IMG/VR virus record: IMGVR_UViG_3300005611_000152
Span: 1-28,719 of that record
Strand: one strand, 5' to 3'
Source: a virus
Lineage: Duplodnaviria > Caudoviricetes
DNA length: 28,719 nucleotides
Shown here in pieces: positions 18,017-25,339 of this stretch. Every line of letters starts with the position of its first letter. Positions within the stretch are counted from its first letter, which is position 1. Below the pieces are notes generated by a model. The model worked only from the letters and a program-made list of their open reading frames with translations. It did no database searches and had not been told where the DNA came from. A program made the translations under genes and the position numbers.

Positions 18017-18416
18017 GAATCAGAATCCTGACGATGCGTTGAAGTTTTCCGTAGGGAAGCTGGGGAAGGATTATCGTCTTTCTCGAAACTTCCGACTGTG
18101 GGAGGCTCAATGCTCTGACGGTTCTGATATTGTTTTTATACACCCTTCTATTTTAATCCTAGTCCAAGCCCTGCGTGATGAGTTTGGTGCGCTTAGAGTC
18201 AATTCTTGGTATCGTACGCCTTCATTCAATGCAACCCTAGCAGGGAAAAGCAGTAAGACCAGCAAACACCTACTAGGAATGGCGGTCGATCTATTTCCGT
18301 TAAAGCATTCGCTCGAAAGTTTTAAAACCGAGGTAAAAACCCTTCCTGTGGGCGGTATAGGTATTTACGAAACCTTCGTACATTTAGACGTACATGGAGA
18401 GGGAAGAAAATGGTGA
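18009..18416 (+). CDS. Endolysin, peptidase M15A family (Zn peptidase)
   Basis: LSRNFRLWE..C.DG, NSWYRT...NA, SKHLLGMAVD (H-x6-D) and GIGIYETFVHLDV Zn-ligand motifs. Confidence 0.9.
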   Translation: MFENQNPDDALKFSVGKLGKDYRLSRNFRLWEAQCSDGSDIVFIHPSILILVQALRDEFGALRVNSWYRTPSFNATLAGKSSKTSKHLLGMAVDLFPLKHSLESFKTEVKTLPVGGIGIYETFVHLDVHGEGRKW

Positions 18417-18580
18417 AAATAGTGGATCATAACGCATTTATCGGAGCATTCGGAACAATACTAAGTGTGAGCCTCGCACAAATCAATACATTCGTGTCCC
18501 TGCTGATCGGGATTACGACACTTGTATATATGATCCTCAAGGTAGTTGAGAAGATTAGAAAGGACAAGCCATTCGGCTAA
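18410..18580 (+). CDS. Small two-TM membrane protein, putative holin (56 aa, absent from ORF track)
   Basis: Manual translation MVKIVDHNAFIGAFGTILSVSLAQINTFVSLLIGITTLVYMILKVVEKIRKDKPFG; overlaps the endolysin stop; basic C-terminus. Confidence 0.7.
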   Translation: MVKIVDHNAFIGAFGTILSVSLAQINTFVSLLIGITTLVYMILKVVEKIRKDKPFG

Positions 18581-18626
18581 ACCTAGCACCATACGAAAAA
18601 AAATTATCGAAAGTTGTAAAAAAAGT

Positions 18627-18657
18627 TTTGGATTGTTCCAGAAAAGGGGGATATTTG
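18627..18657 (+). promoter_or_regulatory. Putative early promoter, Bacteroidota-type -33/-7
   Basis: TTTG (18627-18630), 19-nt spacer, GATATTTG (18650-18657), one mismatch to TAnnTTTG; A-tracts upstream; lies in the gap between the lysis and early genes. Confidence 0.6.
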
Positions 18658-18688
18658 TAGTAGAAACAAAAACAAACTCTCTCAAATC

Positions 18689-18904
18689 ATGGATACAATA
18701 ACAGTAGATACTAAAGACCCAAGAAACAAAGGAATCCTACACTACGCTAAGATATGGACAAAAGTCTACTCTGGAGTTGGTGGGAAGAACTACCTTCAAG
18801 ATGCACTAGAAGATGAATGGAATGTAAGAGTGCAAAATCCTGCATATAGTGATGAACACTATGGCAAAATCCTTGCACTTCAGAATCTTATCAAACAATC
18901 ATAA
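18689..18904 (+). CDS. Hypothetical protein (first early gene)
   Basis: 71-aa ORF with an A-rich leader, directly downstream of the putative promoter. Confidence 0.65.
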   Translation: MDTITVDTKDPRNKGILHYAKIWTKVYSGVGGKNYLQDALEDEWNVRVQNPAYSDEHYGKILALQNLIKQS

Positions 18905-18947
18905 CAAAGGGGGGTCGAATTAGATCCCCACAAACAACGGAGGAAAC

Positions 18948-19112
18948 ATGGTACAAGTAAAAGACAAGACTGGTAGAATCCTCTACACGGTCGAGAAACA
19001 AATCAGGAAACAACCAAGACGCAGAGTGCTATCTATCCTGCTGGGGATAATGGGTGGGGTTTTAGCTTATGCGTTCTTTTTCATAATAATGATGGTGGGG
19101 GCAATACTATGA
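18948..19112 (+). CDS. Small single-TM membrane protein (54 aa, absent from ORF track)
   Basis: MVQVKDKTGRILYTVEKQIRKQPRRRVLSILLGIMGGVLAYAFFFIIMMVGAIL; GGAGG upstream of the ATG; ATGA-coupled to the gene at 19109. Confidence 0.7.
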   Translation: MVQVKDKTGRILYTVEKQIRKQPRRRVLSILLGIMGGVLAYAFFFIIMMVGAIL

Positions 19113-19498
19113 ACAACCTAGAACATATACACCAAATCTATGCAGACGTAGAGAACGGAATACTAGATCCAGTCAAAGCGTACGTGATGGCGTACGAAGC
19201 TGAGAAGATGTACGGTGAACTACGCAAAGACTTAATGGACCAGGTGCTGGAGAAAATCTCAGGCAACAAGGATTATACTTGTGGGGATTATCGAGTGCTT
19301 GAGGCTAGTCGCACCACGTGGAAGATTGACGACCCTGAGGTAGAGCGCATGAAGGCTATCATTAAAGCAAGAGAAATCCTAGCCAAAAAAGCATTCAAGG
19401 CTTCTGAAGCAGGGAAGGACTTCTTTGATGAGAATGGTGAAATCATACCACCAGCAGAACCTAAATACTCAACCTTCATTAAACTGGAGAAACTATGA
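19109..19498 (+). CDS. Hypothetical protein, recombination-module associated
   Basis: 129 aa, coupled on both sides; helical N-terminus and DENGEIIPPA C-terminus; lies two genes upstream of ERF. Confidence 0.75.
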   Translation: MNNLEHIHQIYADVENGILDPVKAYVMAYEAEKMYGELRKDLMDQVLEKISGNKDYTCGDYRVLEASRTTWKIDDPEVERMKAIIKAREILAKKAFKASEAGKDFFDENGEIIPPAEPKYSTFIKLEKL

Positions 19499-19749
19499 GC
19501 TTTGACGACCTACAAGATGACCACAGACTAATAGCGTACGACTTATCGGATGCCTTTTGGCAGAAACTCACAGGAGCATTGGAGTACGGATTCAAGGAGG
19601 TGATGATTGAGAAGGACGCTAAGAAACGCCAAGCCCTATGCAGTTACTACTTAAAACTGAGTGGGGTATTGCAGTTGAAAAGGGTAAACCTTAAACTCGA
19701 CTGTATGAAGCAAACCCAAACCGAATACAAAGTGGAGTTCCAAGCATGA
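19495..19749 (+). CDS. Hypothetical protein
   Basis: 84 aa; ATGA overlaps at both ends. Confidence 0.65.
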   Translation: MSFDDLQDDHRLIAYDLSDAFWQKLTGALEYGFKEVMIEKDAKKRQALCSYYLKLSGVLQLKRVNLKLDCMKQTQTEYKVEFQA

Positions 19750-20336
19750 TTGATAAACTAACCCTAATACAATCGGAGCTAAACGCTCCGAAAAACAGAC
19801 ACAATTCCTTTGGTAACTATTCCTACCGTTCACTAGAGGACATACTCGAAGCAGTTAAACCATTACTTAAACGTGAGGGGTTTGTATTAACGCTCACAGA
19901 CACGATTGAGAACATAGGCGACAACTACTACGTCAAAGCAGTTGCGAGGCTTACAGACGGAAATCAGGAGCTACAAGCGACAGCCTACGCAAGAGAAGCA
20001 CTAGAAAAGAAGGGCATGGATGTAAGTCAGATCACTGGCTCAGCTTCTAGCTACGCACGTAAATACTGCCTTAATGGATTGTTCTTAATAGACGACACCA
20101 AAGATGCAGACACAGATGAGTACAAGATGAAAGAACAACATGAAAACAAAGCCTTCGTGCCTGACGAGAATAAGAAGTGGCTCAGCGAGGGAGGTGATGG
20201 AAAAAAGTCCACTACCCAGGAGGAGTTCATCAAGGTAGAAGCGAAGGTCAAAGAGGGAAAAATAGACCCAAAGCTCTTGCGGAACTACTACAAGGTGAGC
20301 AAGGACACCATGAGTTATTTTGAATCTATCAAGTGA
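19746..20336 (+). CDS. erf: ERF-family single-strand annealing protein
   Basis: IQSELNAPK...NSFGNYSYRSLEDILEAVKPLL and SQITGSASSYARKYCLNGLFLIDD.KDAD are ERF signatures. Confidence 0.92.
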   Translation: MIDKLTLIQSELNAPKNRHNSFGNYSYRSLEDILEAVKPLLKREGFVLTLTDTIENIGDNYYVKAVARLTDGNQELQATAYAREALEKKGMDVSQITGSASSYARKYCLNGLFLIDDTKDADTDEYKMKEQHENKAFVPDENKKWLSEGGDGKKSTTQEEFIKVEAKVKEGKIDPKLLRNYYKVSKDTMSYFESIK

Positions 20337-20396
20337 GAGAGCGAGGCGGTAGGGGTGAAGCCCTACCGTACCTTATTAACCTAACCCAATACTATT

Positions 20397-20600
20397 ATGC
20401 CAAGTCTACCGAACACAATAACACTAAAAAGAGGGCGTCCTTCTTTGCCTGAATCTGAAAGAAGAACGCACAAGGTGCTTGTAAGCCTGAATGAGCAGGA
20501 AAACAACAACCTTAAATTACTTTCTGAACGAATGAATACTGGACTAGCACAAACTTTAAGGATTTTATTAGCTCAATCAGTTTCAGATGAGAAAGAGTAA
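20397..20600 (+). CDS. Small DNA-binding protein, ribbon-helix-helix-like
   Basis: KRGRP motif, then a beta-strand (HKVLVSL) and two predicted helices (NEQENNNLKLLSERMN, LAQTLRILL). Confidence 0.62.
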   Translation: MPSLPNTITLKRGRPSLPESERRTHKVLVSLNEQENNNLKLLSERMNTGLAQTLRILLAQSVSDEKE

Positions 20601-20997
20601 AACCAAATCTAGGGCAATGGCGAAAGCTGATAGGTATTTCAGCGAGTACATTCGCTTGAGGGATTCAGACCAAAACTGCAACGCAATATGTATCACGTGC
20701 AGGAAGGTGGCTCACATATCGGAAATGGATGCTGGTCATTTTATTGATAGATCGCACAAAGCGACTAGATATGAAGAGCAAAACGTAAACGCTCAATGCA
20801 GGGCTTGTAACAGGTTTCAGTCAGGCAGACAATATGAGCATGGAATAGCAATCGACTTAAAATACGGAGCAGGAACAGCAGATGAGTTACTATTACAATC
20901 TAGAAAAATCTTTAGAGCAAATCAGGCATTCTACGAGAGCGAAGCGGAAAGATTTAAGCAACTTGCCGAAGAACAAAGACAGCATAAACGATGTTAA
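20587..20997 (+). CDS. ninG: NinG/Rap-family recombination endonuclease
   Basis: FSEYIRLRD, CITC, MDAGHFI.R and TRYEEQNVNAQC..CN motifs. Confidence 0.9.
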   Translation: MRKSKTKSRAMAKADRYFSEYIRLRDSDQNCNAICITCRKVAHISEMDAGHFIDRSHKATRYEEQNVNAQCRACNRFQSGRQYEHGIAIDLKYGAGTADELLLQSRKIFRANQAFYESEAERFKQLAEEQRQHKRC

Positions 20998-21256
20998 CAG
21001 ATACAAAAAACATCTTGAGGACTTGTATAGAGCCAAAGAAATCCTTAACTCTACGGAAGCTCCTTCAATCCAAGAGTTACTACTCAGCGAGATCGGCTGT
21101 GATAAAGACACTTATGGAGAATGGGTTATTAGACGAGATGGACACGAGTATCTCAGAAAAGTCAAAAGCAAAATGAGCCATATATGGTCGCTGGATCGGG
21201 AGATAAGATCCTTCGAACACGCAATCAAATTGCTCCAAGATGAGGGCATGATTTAA
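20882..21256 (+). CDS. Hypothetical protein overlapping the 3' end of ninG
   Basis: 124 aa, charged and helical; the only ORF that fills the gap up to 21277; overlaps ninG by 116 nt; start uncertain. Confidence 0.55.
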   Translation: MSYYYNLEKSLEQIRHSTRAKRKDLSNLPKNKDSINDVNRYKKHLEDLYRAKEILNSTEAPSIQELLLSEIGCDKDTYGEWVIRRDGHEYLRKVKSKMSHIWSLDREIRSFEHAIKLLQDEGMI

Positions 21257-21276
21257 CCACAACTAAACCTAATACA

Positions 21277-21516
21277 ATGAAAAACCTAAGACATGAGTGG
21301 AACGAGCTACTCGAAATGCTCGAGCAACACATAGCAGACAAACGCATTACTCCGATGGAGGATGCAATCTTAACCAAAGCTGAAGCAGTCGAAGCAGAAC
21401 TATCCAAGCTAGAAGCAAACGATGGTAACGATGTTATCATGGGAGTGAACTTTTCCAGCTCGATGGATATGCTAGATGACCTATTCAGAACAATCCAAAA
21501 GAACCCGGTTCAATGA
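21277..21516 (+). CDS. Hypothetical acidic protein
   Basis: 79 aa; A-rich leader; ATGA-coupled to the next gene. Confidence 0.7.
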   Translation: MKNLRHEWNELLEMLEQHIADKRITPMEDAILTKAEAVEAELSKLEANDGNDVIMGVNFSSSMDMLDDLFRTIQKNPVQ

Positions 21517-21752
21517 GTAAATACGACATGAGCGGAGTCAGCTCTAACAACGACTACAAAAAAGCGGAAAAGCAACCCGACTACACAGGCAAGTGTACGA
21601 TCGATGGCAAGGAACTGAGAATGGCTGGTTGGAAGCGTACAGGCACAAATGGAGAGTTCGTATCATGGAAGTTCTCCGAGCCTCAAGAGGCGCAACTTCA
21701 ACCACAAACCGTTCCTTCAAATGATGACACACAAGACGACCTCCCCTTCTGA
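21513..21752 (+). CDS. Small SSB-like protein (DUF736-like) with acidic DDLPF tail
   Basis: K.EKQPDYTG...IDGKE..MAGW......FVS core and C-terminal DDTQDDLPF, an SSB-type interaction tail. Confidence 0.75.
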   Translation: MSKYDMSGVSSNNDYKKAEKQPDYTGKCTIDGKELRMAGWKRTGTNGEFVSWKFSEPQEAQLQPQTVPSNDDTQDDLPF

Positions 21753-21978
21753 GTTTGACCAAATGGCGTACTATCGTGCGCTGGTCTTAGAAGATCTACA
21801 AAAAGGCATGACATTCTACGGTACAAGACAAGAATTAGAGGACTTACAAGAACGCCTTATTTCGTATCTTTGTGCTGAGGATGACATAACCTTCGAGTAT
21901 ACAGGAGATAATCACTTACACGCAAAATATGAGCTAAATGCGAGAGTTTCTGATAACAAATATCACCATGCTGTCTGA
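21721..21978 (+). CDS. Hypothetical protein (start uncertain: 21721, 21724 or 21763)
   Basis: In frame with track ORF 21649..21978; the downstream ATGs minimise overlap with the SSB-like gene. Confidence 0.5.
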   Translation: MMTHKTTSPSEFDQMAYYRALVLEDLQKGMTFYGTRQELEDLQERLISYLCAEDDITFEYTGDNHLHAKYELNARVSDNKYHHAV

Positions 21979-22120
21979 GGAAGTATTCAATGACGAGAAT
22001 ACAGACCAAGAAAAGATTGAGAAACTTGTTAGATTAACTACGCTACAAGAATGTCTAACTCAGTATCTATTAGATGAGATAGACGGACTAGCTCCTATTT
22101 GGAACGTAAACCAACAGTAA
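21938..22120 (+). CDS. Hypothetical acidic protein
   Basis: 60-aa ORF ending immediately before the structured leader. Confidence 0.55.
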   Translation: MREFLITNITMLSEEVFNDENTDQEKIEKLVRLTTLQECLTQYLLDEIDGLAPIWNVNQQ

Positions 22121-22210
22121 AAGATGGCTATGCAGAGCCTAACCTTTTGTATTCCTCCACGCCTTGCCTCGACTCTACTGCATTAGAGTTGGGGTAGGGC
22201 TTTTTTATTT
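22119..22210 (+). promoter_or_regulatory. Structured leader: two hairpins with complementary loops, the second a terminator
   Basis: Hairpin 1 GGCT-ATGCAG-AGCC (22126-22139), extended by AAAAG/CTTTT. Hairpin 2 is a 17-bp stem (22161-22177/22184-22200, with G-U pairs), loop CTGCAT, followed by TTTTTTATTT and the initiator ATG. Confidence 0.75.
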
Positions 22211-22870
22211 ATGAAATCATTTACAAACAGGATAAAGGCTAATTTCACAGCCATACCTAACACCATTCTTAACGACACCGAGTTAAGTTGGAAGGCAAAG
22301 GGCATATTTGCGTTCTTAGCCTCTAAGCCTGACAGTTGGCAGTTCAATATGAACTACATAGTTAAACAAAGCACAGGCGGAAAATCGAGCCTCCAGTCGG
22401 GCATGAAAGAGCTAGAAGATGCTGGGTATCTCCGGAGGGAGAGAATGTTTGATGACAGTCGCCAGTTCAAGGGCTATATGTATATCCTAGAAGAAGGGTC
22501 GAAAACCCGGCAGACGGAAAACCCGGTCGCCGGAAAACCCGGTAGCCGGAAAACCGTGTCGCATAGTAATACTGATTTAAGTAATACTGAGTTAAGTAAT
22601 ACTAATACTAATTATGGCAGATGGGTAGAATTATGGAATGAGTTACACGGTACTTCTTTACGACTCACCAAAGAAAAAGAGAAGCAGATACGTGCAAGGC
22701 TTAATCAGTATACACCTGATGAAATAGCTATTGCATTACGCAACAGACTTGACGATACTTGGCTTAATACCGATGGAAAGGAATACCTGCCTAACTGGAA
22801 CGCCTTTTGGAGGAATGATGAGAAAGTTGAGCGGTATCTGAACCGACAAGACGAGGAGGATATATTTTGA
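22211..22870 (+). CDS. Replication initiator / replisome organiser with N-terminal winged HTH
   Basis: NFTAIPNTILND.ELSWKAKGI...L.SKPD.W....ELEDAGYL N-domain; the linker carries iterons; C-terminal W.ELWN...RARL helical domain. Confidence 0.85.
   Translation: MKSFTNRIKANFTAIPNTILNDTELSWKAKGIFAFLASKPDSWQFNMNYIVKQSTGGKSSLQSGMKELEDAGYLRRERMFDDSRQFKGYMYILEEGSKTRQTENPVAGKPGSRKTVSHSNTDLSNTELSNTNTNYGRWVELWNELHGTSLRLTKEKEKQIRARLNQYTPDEIAIALRNRLDDTWLNTDGKEYLPNWNAFWRNDEKVERYLNRQDEEDIF
22499..22562. repeat. Four tandem 16-bp iterons (putative replication origin)
   Basis: TCGAAAACCCGGCAGA, CGGAAAACCCGGTCGC, CGGAAAACCCGGTAGC and CGGAAAACCGTGTCGC, contiguous. Confidence 0.88.
22565..22614. repeat. AT-rich 15-bp repeats (putative DNA unwinding element)
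   Basis: AGTAATACTGATTTA, AGTAATACTGAGTTA and AGTAATACTAATACT directly after the iterons. Confidence 0.72.
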
Positions 22871-23121
22871 AATACCTACTAATCCTGAGCTGGATTCATG
22901 TATGGATTCTAATCATACTAGATAGCCATTACTTAGCCTTATTCTTTTTAACCCTAACCCTAATACTACAAGCAAATGCAAAAGCTAGACTTAACGACCC
23001 AGCAACCGAGCGAAGAATTGTTGAACACTTTCTATCAGTTCCTGAAAGACATAGGACTTGGCAAAGAGGTCGAAGCCTTAAAAAAACAAAACACCAGGAA
23101 CAAGATCGTGAAGGTGTTTAA
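22867..23121 (+). CDS. Doubtful ORF with hydrophobic N-terminus
   Basis: TTGA coupling to the initiator stop supports it; a 146-nt overlap with 22976..23464 argues against it. Confidence 0.28.
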   Translation: MKYLLILSWIHVWILIILDSHYLALFFLTLTLILQANAKARLNDPATERRIVEHFLSVPERHRTWQRGRSLKKTKHQEQDREGV

Positions 23122-23464
23122 TCAACTAGTAACAGATAATCCTTATTTCCCCAATGAGGCGGACGTGGATTTAATGCTCAGGGCATTTATGAAGGATGTT
23201 ATCTACGGAGGCGTGGATATGAAGTATCGAAACATTCGAGGGCTTACGATAGCCTTCAAGGAGTTCGCTAGTCGACCACACCTAAAAGAAGCCTTTAGAG
23301 TGAACAAGGAATTACCACCCAAGCACGAGAGAACGATTGAGGAGTGGAGCGATGAAGAAATCGAGAGAGCAGTAAAGAATATGGGTAAGCTCGGACTCAT
23401 TTATGAGGACCACCCATTCTACAACCGAATAACTAATCAAGCGAAACAGAGAGGAATACTATGA
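22976..23464 (+). CDS. Hypothetical protein, possible helicase loader by position
   Basis: 162 aa after the initiator (lambda P-like position); no Walker motif; ATGA-coupled to the next gene. Confidence 0.65.
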   Translation: MQKLDLTTQQPSEELLNTFYQFLKDIGLGKEVEALKKQNTRNKIVKVFNQLVTDNPYFPNEADVDLMLRAFMKDVIYGGVDMKYRNIRGLTIAFKEFASRPHLKEAFRVNKELPPKHERTIEEWSDEEIERAVKNMGKLGLIYEDHPFYNRITNQAKQRGIL

Positions 23465-24471
23465 CTAAGCAACAAGTAGATGTTATCGAGAAGTACATGG
23501 AAACGATGCCGAATGACTTCGGTAACAGGACACTAGCACGAAAGATCATCGTGGACAATCCAGGGCTGTTCAATCCTGATGAGCTAGAAAACATACGCAG
23601 AGCCATAAGGTACAGAAGGGGGGCTTTGGGTAAACACCATAGAAGTAAAGCAAGAGAGAAGTTTGTCCGAGAGGAGATGAAGCCTTCGGAGTACATGGAG
23701 CAGTACATCAAGAAAGGAGATAAACTAGCCAAAGAGGCATGGAAACTTCCTGAGCATAACAAGAAGGTGTTACTTATTTCAGACCTTCATATACCTTACC
23801 ACGATTTAGAATCTATCAATACTGCCTTAGACTATGGATTCAAAGAGGGCATAGATAGTATTTACATCAATGGCGACCTGATAGACTTTGCGAAGATCAG
23901 CCGATGGGAGAAGGATCCTAACATTAAGACCGTGCCTGTTGAAGTGGATATGGTGAGGGAGTTCTTAGAGGGATTATCAGCTCTAAACGTGGACATCTAC
24001 TACAAGCTGGGCAACCATGAGGACAGGTGGAACTCGTACTTACTAGGCAACGCTCCTGAGCTATATAACCTAGACAGGTTTCAAATATCAGACGTGCTAG
24101 GACTGGATGATTTGGACATTCCGCTCATAGACAGTAAGCAACGTGCCTTATTCGGACACCTTAACGTAGTACATGGGCATGAGTTCGGGCAATCTATATT
24201 CAGTCCGGTAAACCCTGCACGAGGTCTATTCCTAAGAGCCAAGACTTCTGTGATTGCAGGACATAACCACCAAACCAGTTCACACCACGAAGGTAACTTA
24301 AACGGAAAGCAAACAGCGTGTTTCTCTACTGGGTGCTTATGTGATTTAGAGCCAATGTATCGACCTTTCGCTTATACAAAGTGGAATCATGGCGGAGCGA
24401 TTGTAGACGTAGATGGAGATAACTACTCGGTGCAGAACTTCCGCATTATGGATGGACGCATTGTAGGATAG
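23461..24471 (+). CDS. Calcineurin-like metallophosphoesterase with N-terminal extension
   Basis: All five motifs present: SDLH, NGDLID, GNHE, HGHE and GHNH. The N-terminal about 95 aa are basic and HTH-like (NRTLARKI...IRRAIRYRRG). Confidence 0.9.
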   Translation: MTKQQVDVIEKYMETMPNDFGNRTLARKIIVDNPGLFNPDELENIRRAIRYRRGALGKHHRSKAREKFVREEMKPSEYMEQYIKKGDKLAKEAWKLPEHNKKVLLISDLHIPYHDLESINTALDYGFKEGIDSIYINGDLIDFAKISRWEKDPNIKTVPVEVDMVREFLEGLSALNVDIYYKLGNHEDRWNSYLLGNAPELYNLDRFQISDVLGLDDLDIPLIDSKQRALFGHLNVVHGHEFGQSIFSPVNPARGLFLRAKTSVIAGHNHQTSSHHEGNLNGKQTACFSTGCLCDLEPMYRPFAYTKWNHGGAIVDVDGDNYSVQNFRIMDGRIVG

Positions 24472-24517
24472 TAATAAGGGTGGGTGGGGTTTCCCACCTG
24501 CCCACAAATAACATGAT

Positions 24518-24997
24518 ATGACATACAAAAAGCTAACAGACATAAAGCCTAATCCTGACAATCCTAGAGTAATCAGAGATGAGAACTTCAAGAAACTGGT
24601 TAACTCTATAAAGGAGTTTCCTGAGATGCTTGACCTTCGACCCATAGTCGTAAACAAAGACATGGTTATCTTAGGAGGTAACATGAGATTCAGAGCGTGT
24701 CAGGAGGCAGGATATAAGGAAGTGCCTGTGGTCGTAGCCGATAACATTACGAAAGAGCAGGAAAGGGAGTTTATCATAAAGGATAACATCTCAGGAGGAG
24801 ATTGGGATTGGGAAATCTTGGCGAATGAATGGAACGAAACCGAACTCTATGGATGGGGATTGGACATACCATACCAACAAGAAGAAACTGAGGAGCAAAT
24901 CTCGTATAATATCCTAATCGAATGTACGTCCCAGGAGGAACAAATGAGCCTCTATTCAGAGCTGGAGAACAAGGGCGTGAAAGCAAAGATGAAATAA
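24518..24997 (+). CDS. ParB/Srx N-terminal domain protein (stand-alone)
   Basis: IKPNPDNPR, RPIVVN...ILGGNMRFRAC and FIIKDN...GDWD motifs. Confidence 0.9.
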   Translation: MTYKKLTDIKPNPDNPRVIRDENFKKLVNSIKEFPEMLDLRPIVVNKDMVILGGNMRFRACQEAGYKEVPVVVADNITKEQEREFIIKDNISGGDWDWEILANEWNETELYGWGLDIPYQQEETEEQISYNILIECTSQEEQMSLYSELENKGVKAKMK

Positions 24998-25015
24998 ATC
25001 AACAGAGAGTTTTCA

Positions 25016-25339
25016 GTGGCTGGTCAGGATAATCTAAAACCGTTTAAGAAAGGGCAATCAGGAAACCCAGCAGGGCGACCCAAAGGCTCAAAGAACCGTA
25101 GTACCATCATTAAGAAGTGGTTGACAGCACTAGACAAGGGCAAAAACCCGATGACTGGCGACACGGAGGATATGACCGTAGAGGATAAGATGACCCTTGC
25201 GTTAATAAGCAAAGCCCTTAAAGGTGATACGTCAGCCTATAAAGCCCTAATGGATTCAGCCTACGGACAGCCTAAACAAGAGCTTGAAACCACAGGCAAT
25301 AGCGAGATTATTACTCGCATAAAGTGGACGGATGAATGA
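25016..25339 (+). CDS. terS: Terminase small subunit (DUF5681-type N-terminus)
   Basis: NLKPFKKGQSGNPAGRPKGSKN and KALKGD..AYK.LMD..YG.PKQ; GTG start; directly upstream of TerL. Confidence 0.8.
   Translation: MAGQDNLKPFKKGQSGNPAGRPKGSKNRSTIIKKWLTALDKGKNPMTGDTEDMTVEDKMTLALISKALKGDTSAYKALMDSAYGQPKQELETTGNSEIITRIKWTDE

Noticed and set aside
20991-21176. 61-aa ORF starting at the ninG stop
   Set aside because: It competes with the longer 20882..21256 frame, which fills the gap and has a more protein-like composition; not fully excluded.
22499-22614. Tandem repeats as a CRISPR array
   Set aside because: The repeats are contiguous with no spacers, only 15-16 bp long, and inside the initiator ORF; iterons explain them better.
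24478-24489. GGGTGGGTGGGG as a G-quadruplex
   Set aside because: Only three G-tracts, and they pair with the adjacent C-rich arm as a hairpin.
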